Positions 1 through 13,749 are shown, counted from the stretch's first letter. The stretch: 64,000 nucleotides of DNA from Octopus vulgaris (GCA_951406725.2 OX597819.1:116932001-116996000), one strand, 5' to 3'. The notes: generated by a model not told the origin, from the sequence alone. Made by a program: numbers and translations.

Positions 1-232
<232 letters not shown>

Positions 233-269
233 AGGGAAGACAACTCTTTGGAGTTCTTCAATTTGTGTT

Positions 270-405
270 TCTCAAACTCCCCAAATTCTATATATTCCCC
301 TTCTACCAATGTAAAGACGGGATCACCACACAGGAGAGAATTAACAAGGAGAATCTCGCTATTGAAAAATTCCAAACACAACTTAATATGCAAACTCCTT
401 GTTGA
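270..405 (+). pseudogene. Penelope-like element GIY-YIG C-terminal fragment
   Basis: Manual translation [36 protein letters not shown] matches the PLE endonuclease end pattern (F.I.PFY..R..KE...I....LN) and the 43.1 kb remnant. Confidence 0.6.
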
Positions 406-1236
406 TCAAACTTCCTTTTTCTACCTCATTCTTCATGGATGGACTAACATAAATATATAAGGATACCATGCATTCATCACTTCAAGCTAAAACTTATATT
501 CTTTAAATATCATTTTTACTAATGTTGTTATTACTATCATTTTTATTATATATGATATAACAATCTGAAATGTAATTGTCTATGCAAATTTATATAATTA
601 GAAAATAATATAAATAAAGTGTTAAAATCTGAAAGTTAAGTTAACAAAAAATTATATAAAAAAGATAATGCAATTGAAGCTAAAATGATAACTTTATAAT
701 TTGCGGTTTATTAGCAGCCTTTATTGCAGGGGATTTTGAGAAACACAGATTGAAGAACTCAAAAAAGTTGTCTCCCCTTATTCACAACACAGGAACTGAA
801 GAACCACAATTACTACTACTTCCTGTTTTGCCAACATCCTTAATTAAACCAAACAACACATGGTCTTAATCCCAGTGGATCCTAATACTTCAAGGTAATT
901 TTTTCGTGAACAATTATTAAACTCAAGATACACAACGAACTCACAATGTATCGGAGTACTTATTTTTAAATTTTTGTACATATTTATTATTATTCTTTTG
1001 CAAAAAACAATGCAACTTTCTTTTTTCCCCTTTCTCATTTTTAAAAAACTTTTTTACCTAACTATTCTTGATAAGTCACATTATGACGAAAACCGGTTTG
1101 AATAAATATATATTTATATATTTTATCAATCTCTCATTTCATTAAAATTTTCTTTCAATTTAGCATTCTGCATTTTTACAATTTTTCCTTGCTTATCATT
1201 TCTCCAAGTGCGGTCAACACAAACCCACCATTCATT

Positions 1237-1239
<3 letters not shown>

Positions 1240-1308
<69 letters not shown>

Positions 1309-1334
1309 TATATAGCAGCGTACGTACACTTTGT

Positions 1335-1384
<50 letters not shown>

Positions 1385-1466
1385 TGTATGTATATATCTA
1401 TATATATACATATATATATGTATATATATATATATATATATATACACGCATATATGTTTGTATGTA

Positions 1467-1508
<42 letters not shown>
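1240..1508. repeat. Compound (CT)n/(TA)n microsatellite
   Basis: Direct reading. Confidence 0.95.
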
Positions 1509-1510
<2 letters not shown>

Positions 1511-1519
1511 TGTACTTCT

Positions 1520-4074
1520 CAACACATAAGAGTACTTCTCATGGGAGACTTCAATCTACCCAATGTCAGATGGCCCGAGTGCCTTTCTCTCCCAGGAATG
1601 ACACGATGTGAACAAGGGCAGGCGAGGTCCCTCCTGAACCTCATCAACACCCTGTACATGGAGCAAGTAATACTCCAACCAACCAGGGCAGGTAACACAC
1701 TGGATCTCTGCTTCACAAATAATATGGATGTCATCCATAATGTGAAAGTGACACCGCCACTACTCTCGGATCACAACATTGTAGAGCTGACCATGTACGG
1801 GCCAAAGGAAAGCATGGACATGCAGCCTACAAGAAACTCTCAGAATCTTTCCAGCTTCAACTTCCATAAGGCAAACTGGAAACAAATTGAGAAAGAGATC
1901 CTCAAACAAAACTGGCCTGAATGTCTCTCCTCGCAAGACATCGACATGAAACTTCAACATACATGTCTGTAATGCAAGCCATATGCTACAAATGTGTCCC
2001 AGAGAGAAAGGCCACTGTACACAAGAACAAAATCCCCAGAGAGACGAAAATTCTATTGAGACGGCGTACAAAAATCTCAAATCGCCTAAACAAACAAATT
2101 GAAAACAGTGAAAAGTCCCGCCTGAAAATAAAACTGTTGGAAATTGAAAAGTGTATGCAACTCTCCCATGAAAAGGAAAGAGCAGACAATGAAGCCTGGG
2201 CTATAGACAACATAAAATCTAACCCCAGAGCTTTCTACAGGTATGCCAAAGAAACAGCTACGGTGCACTGTAGGATAGGGCCACTCCTTGAAAAGGATGG
2301 CACACTCACAGGAAATCCAATGAGGGTAAGTGAAATACTAAATGAGCAATTCAAGAGTGTTTTCATCCCACCCCTTGGGCATTTCCAAATCAGCAATCCA
2401 GCTGACTTCTTCACCACTGCAGATATGGGGTCAGAGGCGGCGATGATTGATTACATCAATATAAAGGAAGACGATGTAACCAAGGCTATAGATGAGATGA
2501 AAACAAACTCAGCTACTGGCCCCGATGGATTCCCTGCAATCCTTCTAAAAGTATGTAAGAGAGTACAAGCAAGACCACTGCAGTTTCTCTTTCAGAGCTT
2601 CCTTGCAACTGGCAAACTTCCAAGAAAACTGAAGGAAGGTAAAATATGCCCTATTCATAAAGGAGGTAGCAGAGCGGAGGCCAAGAACTACAGACCTATC
2701 TCTCTGACCACACACAACAGCAAGGTCACGGAACGAATAGTCAGAAGGAAACTAATCACCTTTCTTGAAGAAAATGACTTGCTGCCTGACACCCAACATG
2801 GTTTCCGACCAGGAAGAAGCTGCTTAACTCAGCTCCTACAACACTATGATCGGGTGCTGAAACGACTGCTCAACCACTCAAATGTGGAAGTGATATATCT
2901 CGACTTTGCAAAGGCCTTTGATAAAGTCGATCATGGAATGATATGTCACAAACTGCGTGATCTTGGCATAGTTGGAAAATTGGGTGAATGGCTTAATAAT
3001 TTTCTGAAGGTTAGAAGTCAGGTGGTAGTAGTCAATGGGGCCACTTCCATTAACACGCAAATAGTGAGCGGTGTCCCGCAGGACACTGTTTTGGGACCAC
3101 TACTATTCATAATGACCCTCACAGACATGCCCTCAGCCACGCAGAGAGCCACGATCACAAGTTATGCAGATGATACAAAAGTTTCACAGGCAATACAGAA
3201 CCCTGAAGACACTAAGCGCCTGCAATGTGAGCTGGACAAAATATACAAGTGGGCTGAAAAGATTAGCATGCAGTTCAATGCTGAAAAGTTTCAAGTTTTA
3301 TGCTATCAGCATGCAAAACTGAATGCAATACCCAATGAATACACTGAACCCGGAGGGATCGCAATCCCAGAGGCACAATCAGTGCGTAACCTGGGTATTT
3401 ACATGAGCGATGACGCAACCTTTCATGTACATGTTGCTAAACTGGCAATGAAATGTAGACGGCTGGCCGGATGGATTCTTAGCACCTTTAGAACAAGAGA
3501 ACAAGAAACCATGATGGTCCTCTGGAAGACACTTGTCCTAAGCCACTTTGACTATTGCTCTCAGCAATGGTCACCATCCAGTGTAAAGTTAATCACAGAA
3601 CTTGAGGCGATCCAACGAAGCTACACGAAGAAGATAGCCTCTGTGCAGCATATAAGATACTGGGAAAGACTCAAGAGATTAAAACTCTATTCCTTGAAGC
3701 GTAGGCGAGAAAGATATGCCATAATATACATCTGGAAGATCCTGGAAGAACTTGTCCCAAACTTTGGCATCGAGAGTTACACAAATGCCAGAACTGGGCG
3801 CCACTGCGTGGTGCCAAGGACTCCAAATTTGCCATCAAGATGTAGGACAAGATACTGTGATAGCTTGGGCTTCAGAGGCCCACAACTCGTCAATATCCTC
3901 CCGAAGAACCCGAGGGACCTGCATGGGGTGGATGCGGATGTCTTTAAAGTAGGACTGGATCTCTTCCTGTCAGGTGTCCAGGATGATCCAACTTCACGGC
4001 AGGAGATACAGATGAGGGCAGCTGCATCGAACTCTCTCATGCACCAAATGGCAGTTGCTAAAAAGCATTCGTGA
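1520..4074 (+). pseudogene. LINE ORF2 (APE + reverse transcriptase), frameshifted near 1960-1972
   Basis: ORFs 1331-1972 and 1921-4074 overlap in different frames; the N-terminus is missing; the usual PQG motif reads PQD. Confidence 0.88.
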
Positions 4075-4160
4075 GGTAAAATCAAGTAGCAACACCAAAT
4101 GGCGGTGCCTCAGCATGGCCACAGCTCAAGAGCTGAAACTGGAAAACACAAACATAAACA
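1520..4160 (+). mobile_element. 5'-truncated CR1/L2-group non-LTR retrotransposon (LINE)
   Basis: APE endonuclease C-terminal motifs [16 protein letters not shown] and SDHN; RT motifs GPDG, NYRPISL, QHGFRPGRSC, YLDFAKAFDKVDH, SGVPQDTVLGP and YADD; short 3'UTR with a stem-loop. Confidence 0.93.
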
Positions 4161-5323
4161 TAATATATATACATATGTATATACATATATACATATGTAT
4201 GTATGTTTATACATGTTTATATTTACATATATTTACACACGCCCACGCATATACACACAATATATATAATAGAAGTATATAAACATTACATTAAAAGTTG
4301 CATGTATAGCGATAGAGATAAATATGAATACAAAAGTTTAGATTAAACGTTAACGGGAATAATTTGTAATTTTGGTGCAAGTCTGTTATGAAACTTATTA
4401 ACCTCTGAAAATGAAAAGAAATAAGAGCATTGGTGACCTAAATTAATATCATGTTGTCTACAAAATTGCCATACGTTAAGCATTACGTTACATTCTTGTC
4501 ATGTTATGAGTTTTAATATTGTGTGTTGTTTCGGAATTGACATTACTAAGCTAAAGATAATTTGAACATTATAAGTGACGATCGCACGATTCACATCGCT
4601 TCAATCAGTAAATATATGAAAAGAATTGTACGTTAATTAATTTGTTTAGATTATGTGTAATATGAATATCAAAAACTGGCTGACATTCATTCTCTTTTTT
4701 AATTAAATACCAAGATATGTATCATGCAAGCTTGCATATATCACGTGTGTAAATATTATACAGAAACTTTGTATTCAGAGATATGTACTATAAATTCATA
4801 TATTTCAAGAACCTAAACGAGAATCACAGATCAATATCTGGAATGTATCATTATATTTGTACTACTAGTGGAAATTATATTGCACATCTTACAATTTCTC
4901 TGCACATGTATGAAATTATCGCAAATTAATATTGCGCTGAGTATCTCATTTTGTTCCCTTACGTATCAAGTTTATCATCAACGAATAAGTATGAAGATAA
5001 GGTGCATACGGAAGCGGATGAGGAAGTTGTAATATTCCTATAGCCATGATGATAAAGTAAGGAATATCATACATGTCAACAGTTCACAAGACCCTCGTCA
5101 GGAAAGTATTTGAGAGTGAAATCTGATCATTAAATAAATATTAGCTGAACGTATACAGAGGAAGACCTACTGGGTCTCAGTTTCTATTTCCGCTAGCATC
5201 AATATTCTTTGTATAGTTCAACAAAGATAAGTACATGTATTACGTCCGCGAACACCCATTCAAACCGATATACGTCATACACGATGCATACACCGCACAC
5301 ACCTTGGATGCACCCCATACATA

Positions 5324-5519
<196 letters not shown>

Positions 5520-5520
<1 letters not shown>

Positions 5521-6609
5521 GGTTTGGACAAAATAATGGAAACACCTAGCATCATAGCATCATTGAAGTGAAAGATCTATTGGACTTTCAAAGAGCTCAA
5601 ATTGTTGGTCCTCGTATCGCAAGCGCTTGCGTAACGAAAACAGCCGAAATATTTGATGTATCAAGAAGTACTGTCTCGAAAGTAATTACAGCCTTTGAGA
5701 CAGAGGAAAAAACCTTCTTGTCGAAACAAAACTCTTGAAGAAAACTAAAGCTCTCAGATACGGGCCATCGGATTCTCACGCAAATTGTTAGAAATGATCA
5801 CAAACGTACAACTCCCAAAATCACTACAGAGCTTAATGACCACCTCGGGAACCCAGTTTCTACAAACATTGTTCACTCGGACCTGCACAAATTTGGATTT
5901 CACGGGAGGGCATCAATCTGAAAAACGCTACTTTCAAAAGCAAACGTTGCAAAGCGTTTAAATTGGAGTAAATGCCTACAGAATTGGTCCTTAGAGCAAT
6001 GGAAGAATGTTATTTTCTCGGACGAGTCATTCTTTATCTTACTTCCGACTACCAGCCGAGTATACGAGTGGAGACAGACAAAATAAGCATTTGACGCAAA
6101 CTGCGTTCTTGTAACTGTTAAACACGGAGGGTATATTATGGAAATCCCCCGGCCCAATGGTTTCTTTTCATGGTAGAATTTATAGTCAATGCTATTGAAG
6201 CATTTTGTCTGATCAAATTCTTCCTATGGTTGTGGAAATGTTTCTGGAAGGAAACACAATCTTTCAGGATGATAATACATCAATTCACACAGCTAAAGTT
6301 GTTACTAAATGGCACGAACAACATTCTAGTGAAGTTGAACATCTTATCTGGCCACCAGATTTTATCTGACCACCAGATCCCAGTATTATTGAACATTTAT
6401 GGTGCATTTTAGAAAAGCAAGTCGATATCCTTCACCACCATATCTCCAAGAACTGGAGACTGTTTTAGCTGAAGAATGCACAAAAATTCCTTTGGAAATA
6501 GGTCAAACTTTTGTAGGAATCCATACCTCATAGAACCAAAGTTGTAATTACAGCCAACCTTTACCTGACCCCATGTTAAAGTAAATTTGTTTGAAATTTT
6601 AAGGTGTTT
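5520..6609 (+). mobile_element. Decayed Tc1-family DNA transposon
   Basis: Left TIR-like GGTTTGGACAAAATAATGGAAACACCT; broken transposase with HTH (TAEIFDVSRSTVSKVI), WKNVIFSDES, TVKHGG, IFQDDN and IEHLW; right TIR reduced to AGGTGTTT before (TATG)n. Confidence 0.9.
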
Positions 6610-6612
6610 ATG

Positions 6613-6644
<32 letters not shown>

Positions 6645-6682
6645 TGTATGTATGTATGTATGTATGTATGTATGTATGTATG

Positions 6683-6716
<34 letters not shown>

Positions 6717-6752
6717 TGTATGTATGTATGTTTGTATGTATGTATGTATGTA
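6609..6752. repeat. (TATG)n microsatellite
   Basis: Direct reading. Confidence 0.95.
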
Positions 6753-7455
6753 TAAAACTGTATATGTTTGCGTTCACACATATTCAAGTTTAGTTTGCAA
6801 TGTAAGTGTTGTAATGAGATCGTTAGAGATTTCAACATTTTAAAAGCAATTCCTACATGTAGCACTATGCTATATAGATAACAACTTAATATTTCCCTGT
6901 AGCGCAAGGTTTATGACATTATAAATAATTTATGTAAAATAATATAAATGGATATACGCACGTACTTAAAGATAGGTAAAAATATACAGAAAACATATAC
7001 AAAAACATGGAAATTCAACTGGAAATTTATGTACTCATACAACAATGACACACACAGCAGCACAGGCAGACACACACTCTCACATACTCAGGTATATATT
7101 ACATCTATTTTATGATTTTATCTAAATCTTAGAGACCATTGAAATCCTCAGAATTTATCTAGTAGGGATTATATAGAGTCAGATTCAAGTTGGTGTGTAT
7201 ATATGCATATGTGTGTGTGCTTGTGTGTGCTTTTTTTGTGTGTGTGTCGAAAACATATGTAAATCATTACTATTCCCACGAAGTAGTTCTAATAGCATAG
7301 AAAAAATAAACGAAATTAGAAATGTAAAGAGAATATATGAAACTTACTATCCTTACATACATACACCTACACACAGGCGCAGACATACACACACACGCAC
7401 AATCACACATACACACTTACACACATTTATATAGATATTATATTTTTTATTTTAT

Positions 7456-7500
7456 CTAGTTTCAGCTCACGAGCTGTGGACATGCTGGGGCACCGGCATT
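7456..7500 (-). mobile_element. ~45 bp extreme 3' fragment of the CR1/L2-type LINE
   Basis: Reverse complement matches 4100-4140 (GGTGCCYCAGCATGKCCACAGCTCNNGAGCTGAAACT). Confidence 0.8.
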
Positions 7501-7827
7501 TATATATACATATAGAGTGAAACACTTCGAGAAAATCCAGCACACAGTGAATTATAGTAAAAATAGAAATGGAAATACACGGGGAATTTTATCTAGAAAA
7601 TATATTTATGATTTAAAAACAGCGATTTCGATTGCTTATCTGATAGTGTGGCTGAAGAGTCAGTGATGATGTAAATTTTCATGTTAGCTTAATTAGCTGT
7701 TTTAATTTGCAATTTTATGGCTTTTTGCTCCAAGATTTTATATATCTGTGTACATATATGTATGTGCATGTGTCCGTGCGTGTGTGGGTGTATATTAGAT
7801 GTATGTACATGTAAATATACATACATA

Positions 7828-7990
7828 TACTATATCTATAAAATTGAAGTTTTGTGTACCCCATCAACTTCTACATCTTTCATCCAATTTCTTTAAAACT
7901 GTATACACAGCTACTTCATATCCCCGCCCGAACGTAGGCTTGTTAGATCTTTAAAAGATCGATACTGGGACGTCTAATTTGAATTAATCA
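7828..7990 (+). mobile_element. Possible non-autonomous Helitron/Helentron-like fragment
   Basis: CTATATCTATAAAATTGAAG...CATCCAATTTCTTTAAAACT resembles the ends of such elements; recognition only. Confidence 0.3.
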
Positions 7991-8364
7991 GTTGTTTTAT
8001 AATCTATAGGGTCTTCCATAGTTTTTAAATCTTCTTATAAACATGCAAGGGTTTTGTCTATTTATTTATTGCGACTGTCCACCTGTCGTGGTGATTGATT
8101 GACTAGGAACACTGTACGCGATGAATGTCCAATACCAAACAATCTTAATCTTCATATTTAAACTGCGTTAAATAATAGCTACCCAGAATTTCCTGTTTGA
8201 AATAACTTAATTCTTCATTTATCAAGCTTAAAATAAGACAATTTGTTGTCTATTGAGCAGATAACCTTTGAAAAAGACAAGAAGAAAATTGCACAAGAGA
8301 GATAGCCAACGTTACAATATTTGGATGTCAACCAGATATAAACCAGATGTTAATGGTTTATTAA

Positions 8365-9180
8365 GTGACAGGGGATTTACCTTCAAAGCCCAACAAGATG
8401 TATTTCTTGTAATGATGACATGCAGAAAAAGGCTCTTTCTACGAATGTGAATATTTTAATGATTACTGATTTTCAAGAGAACACGCTGAACAAATTTTTA
8501 CACCTGTTAATATAAGTTCTGGATTTGGAGAGGATTTCCATTTGTTGTCGAAACTGGTCCTTTCGTCATTTCAGATTACAGCAAAGTTTATTGAAAGTCA
8601 TCAGTGAGTGCACCTTAAATTTGAAAGATGGTTCTTATATCTAGATCTGTATTTTCCTTCTACGAATCCGATATAACGTTTGGTATCTGCACGGCCATTG
8701 TGGTAGTTCTCTGAAACCTACGTTTCATAAACAACGGAAGGTATAGCGCACTCATCATGGGCATCCGAGAAAGGTTTGAGTCGTACGTTGCTTCTTGGTA
8801 AACGACTTAACATTAGGAAGTAAGTCGTTGGATATTTGTCATTGCTGGTGGACATTTGATATACCTAACTACGGGCTGATTTCTTCTCGTATATTTTTGT
8901 GTGAATTGTTTCTTGTTTCTTAATTGTGAGCGGTGTATTTCAAAGTGTGAGGCTGGACTTGTATAATTGTATTCGTTTAAATGTCAATAATTTCATCTCT
9001 AACATTTGCTTAGTAATTTCTATATAGAAGTTTTTCTTTCTCGTTTCCTTCCGAAATCGATTAATGTAATCATATTCTGTTCTGAACTGAGATTCATAAT
9101 TATGGGGAAAAATTATCTGGCTTCTCAGATGTTGAAGAGAAGTTACTTCTTCAGTTTCAGACGTTTCTTTCCATAGCTTG
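8365..9180 (-). pseudogene. Decayed Penelope-like element ORF end with GIY-YIG endonuclease
   Basis: Manual translation ECAIPSVVYET*V...KRYIGFVEGKYRSRYKNH, then KICSACSLE and EPFSACHHYKKYILL; stops and frameshifts; evidence is strongest at 8365-8760. Confidence 0.8.
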
Positions 9181-9326
9181 TATGAGGGCATATATATATA
9201 TATATATTGATAAAAATGGTAGGACACCCCCCTCACTTAGCGGTCATACAAATAGCTCTTTTTTATGAATAACGGTCAACCACAAAGTAATTTCCCATTG
9301 TATAACGGTCATGTTTCCGATGGCCG

Positions 9327-9387
9327 GGTAACTGAGATGATGGCAGTGTGGATTTCCACCTCGGCATCCGAAACTCGGAGTTTTATC
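9327..9387 (+). ncRNA. Minimal type I hammerhead ribozyme-like motif with altered core
   Basis: Stem I GGUAA/UUAUC; core CUGAGAU (canonical CUGANGA); stem II GAUG/CAUC enclosing GUGGA-UU-UCCAC; GAAAC-UCGGA-GUU. Confidence 0.55.
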
Positions 9388-9436
9388 ATGGCTAGCGAAT
9401 AATTGTCACATATTACATTTACATACACACGCGCAT

Positions 9437-9472
<36 letters not shown>

Positions 9473-10135
9473 ACAAACATATATACACACACACACACAC
9501 ACACATACATACACACACAGACACACACACACATATATATATATATATAGTATATATATGGTACAAAATATTCGTCTCCGAAAAAAGTTCAAAAGCCACT
9601 TCTATGTTCCGGAAGATCTTAGTAGAACTCATGCAGAGATAATTAATTAACTCTCAGCAAGTGCTATTACTACTGTAAACAGTGTGTTATGACAGTAGGT
9701 GTGTATCAGGTTATGACAGGAAATTCTGTGGACATTTCAATGGAATCAAAGCGTGCATTCATTCTATAGGACGTCTGAAGAAAGCTCCAGTTACATATTA
9801 CATGAAAATGTTGAAAGATTACACACACTTTCATATCCTTCCCCCCCATATGCACCTATATATCTATATAAATATGCATATATATGTATCTACGTATGCA
9901 CGTAGTAATCTTTAAAAAATAGACGTCGGCATAAAACGGTTTTGCAGTACGATAGATATTGCAAACATATATTTCGCACACGTTCAAATAGTAAACTTTT
10001 ATACTAAGTACGTGAATACGACCACTTTTCAAACAGTAAAAATTGCGAAATGCTGGCGCTCACGAGTTCTGCGAAAATATATAGGACATAATACATAAAT
10101 GCATGTATGTATGTATACATGTATGTATGTATGTC

Positions 10136-10672
10136 AGGTCACTTTCGAGTGCTACTGGTAACATGTAACCCAGTACAACCTGTTGCATGGTCGGGTCGTC
10201 GGCGACTAAACCGGCAACCCCACCAAGCTTACTTGGTGAGGAGGGTGTTTATTGGACACCCTGCGGGATGAAAAACAAAACCCTTCAAAGGGCGGAGGAA
10301 CTCTTGAGAGTCAACGGCCATCCAATAAATGTCTTAAGGCTGTATCATGCGCGGGGACATAGAATACCCGATCGCGCGGTTAAACCATTGGGAGTGAAGG
10401 ACTCCTAGCCTTTGTTATGACATTCTTCTAGGAGAAGGTAACTCACGTAACTTGTATAACTCCGAAATAAAACCTGCGGCTCAGTGGTTACCGATGATGT
10501 TGACTTGTTCTTCTTTTCGGATTATGGCTGCTGTTGCTTAGTGAGTGAGATTGACTCAGTGCACAGCCTTTCCTCACTTAAAAAAATCTTCTTGCACAGG
10601 CATTGCACGATAACAACATTGGTTAAGCTTCGTGCAATGGCCATACTCGATAACGAGGGGACAGCCACCACC
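10136..10672 (+). mobile_element. Non-coding, hairpin-rich, probably RTE-derived non-autonomous retroelement inserted in (TATG)n
   Basis: GC-richer block bounded by TATG repeats; TCTAGGAGAAGGTAACTC resembles RTE 5'UTR motifs; terminal hairpin CTCGATAACGAG and (CCA)n-like tail. Confidence 0.6.
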
Positions 10673-10749
10673 ATGTATGTATGCATGTATGTATGTATAT
10701 GCCTATGTATTTATGTATGCATGTAAATATCTCTCTCTCTCTCTACATA

Positions 10750-11150
10750 TATGGAGTTGAAATTTATAGAACAGAAAAACAAAGGACGAAGACAGGTATG
10801 TTAAAAGACAAGCAGGTGTAATAAGTTGATATATTTATATAAACGTTCACTTCACACGGGAAGATACAGAAGAAAAGTTACAAGATAGCCAAATGACACA
10901 TAAACGGCGAACGAATTAGTAATCAGACTTGCGTTGGTCTTAATTCCGAGGAGAGGTAAGATATGTTTTGGAGAAAATAAGAATAATGGAAAATGGAGAC
11001 AAACGCTCAAGATGGTATTTAAAACATTCCTATCACCATATCACCGACATATGTTTCGATAGGTGCATTAAATTAAATCCTTGATGATTTACAGATATCT
11101 GTAAAAATGACTTTTTGATGAGCACTTCTTCACACGATTAGGTATTCGCA
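10750..11150 (-). repeat. Degenerate PLE-terminal-like dispersed repeat
   Basis: 10765-10830 is reverse-complement similar to 37840-37905; GAAACATATGTC motif on the minus strand at 11046-11057. Confidence 0.45.
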
Positions 11151-11221
11151 TTCTTACACAGAAACAGGTAGGCAGACACACAGACACACACAAATATATA
11201 AATATACATATATACATACAT

Positions 11222-11276
<55 letters not shown>

Positions 11277-11478
11277 TGTTTGTGTGTCTGTGCTTGTCCC
11301 CCTCACCATCGATTGACAACCGATGCTGGTATGTTTACGTTCCCGTAGCAGACGGTTCAGCAAAACAGACCGATAGAACAAGTACTAGGATTACAAAGAA
11401 TAAGTCCTGGAATCCATTTGCTCGACGAAAAAGTGGTGCTCCAGCATGGCCGCAGTTAAATGACTGAAACGAATAAAA

Positions 11479-11481
<3 letters not shown>
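11277..11481 (+). mobile_element. SINE family A, 3' half
   Basis: Matches 21900-22090 including the GGTGCTCCAGCATGGCCGCAG tail. Confidence 0.85.
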
Positions 11482-11522
<41 letters not shown>

Positions 11523-12519
11523 GGGGGGTATGTATATAAATATATATATATACATAGTTATATACTAATACAGGTAAAAAAAGGTGACTGAGGGTATTGA
11601 CAAACACCGCTTTAGCTGAAAGTAAGTGTTAAACTAACTCAAAACCACAAAATCAAATTGCTAAATCCCACTAATTTTAATTTGTTCTTTACACGCATAC
11701 CGTTTTAGAAATCAGTACACGTTTTCAACGGTCCTTCTTATAAAACTGACGTAGTTGTGTTTAACCCAAGGCGATAAGAGCAGCTGATGAGGATTAAAAT
11801 GGCCTTCATAAAAATCCGAAATTGCGATCCGGCTGTGTGCGTTGAGGACTTATCCCCTTTGTCGAACATTTAAGGCAGTGCTGTTGTCGCTTTGAATTTA
11901 TTTAACTTTCAACTTTAGCAAAAGCAGTGCTAGTCATTACCCTCTGCCACTTTTGTTGGCTACCACTGCGGGGCAACCACTGTCCGTCTGTTTGGGACCC
12001 GTAACATTGGAGTTCCGCCACGAAGACCGAGCGAATAAATACCTGGTTTAACAAAATATAAGAACAATTGCAATAAAATTTCTTCAAGGAGGTGCTGCAT
12101 CATGGCCGCAGACAAATGACCAAGGCAAGTCAAAGAAAAGATGAAACATAAAAGCGATATATTTGCATTTATATGTATGCGTGTATATATATGTGTGTGC
12201 CTATGCATATATATAAATAAGTTGTATGTGTATATGTATGTTTTGGGTATATATATATATATAAATATGCATATATAAGCATATACAGATATGTGTGCAC
12301 ACATATATCTATGCCAATTGCGCGCTTATGTTCTGACATCAAATGTCTAAAAGCCAAGATTAGAAGCTCATTTTCTGAAGGAAAACAAATTAAGTTATCA
12401 AACTTTCTCCTTCAAAGCACAGAAAAACATTTCAGTGCTCGACGATAATAAACGAGAGGGGAAAACCAAATTGAAAAAAACCTTTTACAATTCATCAAAT
12501 TATAGCTGTGTTAATATAT

Positions 12520-12540
12520 ACACATATATATATATATGTA

Positions 12541-12591
<51 letters not shown>

Positions 12592-12737
12592 ATGTGTGTA
12601 TATATATATCTATATATAAATAAATAAATATACGTATGTATATATATATACGTATAATATATGCATATACATACATACATATATATATATGTATATATGA
12701 ATTTTCATATATGCATACATATATATATTAATGTATG

Positions 12738-12785
<48 letters not shown>

Positions 12786-12956
12786 TGTATATTGACACAA
12801 ACATCCATACACGCACACACACATACAGACAAACGTATAAAGATTTGTATGTATATATACATAAGTATATATATTTAAATATATATATATATATATACAT
12901 ATGATTATATATACGTGTCTTTGCATATGTGTATATATGCGTGCATATATGTATTC

Positions 12957-13007
<51 letters not shown>

Positions 13008-13015
13008 CATACACA
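12520..13015. repeat. Degenerate (TA)n/(CATA)n microsatellite field
   Basis: Direct reading. Confidence 0.9.
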
Positions 13016-13749
13016 TACAGCCATACTTGCTTATTACTTTTATAGATGATCTTTTATAGCTAATGCCAGCCGATTTCACTCGAGTAAGTGGAATATTTTA
13101 CCAAGTCTATCTGATTATAAATGCTTTCTTTTTTCCATTTTGAAGAGTCTCTTTAGTAATTATCAATTAGTTTTTCGTAAACTTCAAAGGTAAATCAGCT
13201 TTTTAAAACCAAACATTGTGTTGCAACTACATTCTGTAAATGAATTAGAGATATCGCATAAATGGCTGGATATCTTCAGCAATACTTTTAGTTTCGAGGG
13301 CAAACGATCAAAGCGTGACATATGTTGCTATCATAAACAAAGCATGAATATTGAAGAAAATCCATTTTTGCTGAAACCATTTTTCCTGTTTTTGTTTATT
13401 TTTACGCTATATGTATTGATTAAATTATTTACGTTTGGTAAATAATATATTTTGGCAACATCAGCTTACAAACTTCATGTTCATATTGAAAACTTCTTTT
13501 AAAAATATGTGAGTCAAAAACTTCTGTTTAGATTTTTAAATATCAGAAACAAGAAAGATTGGATATATTTAAATATTCCTCATGTTAATGGCTGCTGGTC
13601 TACTCCTGTGCAGAGACATTCTCAGCCTCAGTCACCTAAAGCAATGGTCAGAGAACGCAATCACCATGTTTTCAATATCAATCTTTCTAATTCTATCTCA
13701 TGTCATTTATTCTGTTCTCTTTTTGTATACTCTCAGCTAAATACAATGT

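Noticed and set aside
1921-4074. 717 aa ORF as an active or domesticated reverse transcriptase gene
   Set aside because: 5'-truncated, frameshifted from its endonuclease, and PQG altered to PQD; an ordinary dead LINE copy
5085-5190. CTGACGA and GAAAC motifs on the minus strand
   Set aside because: No supporting helices
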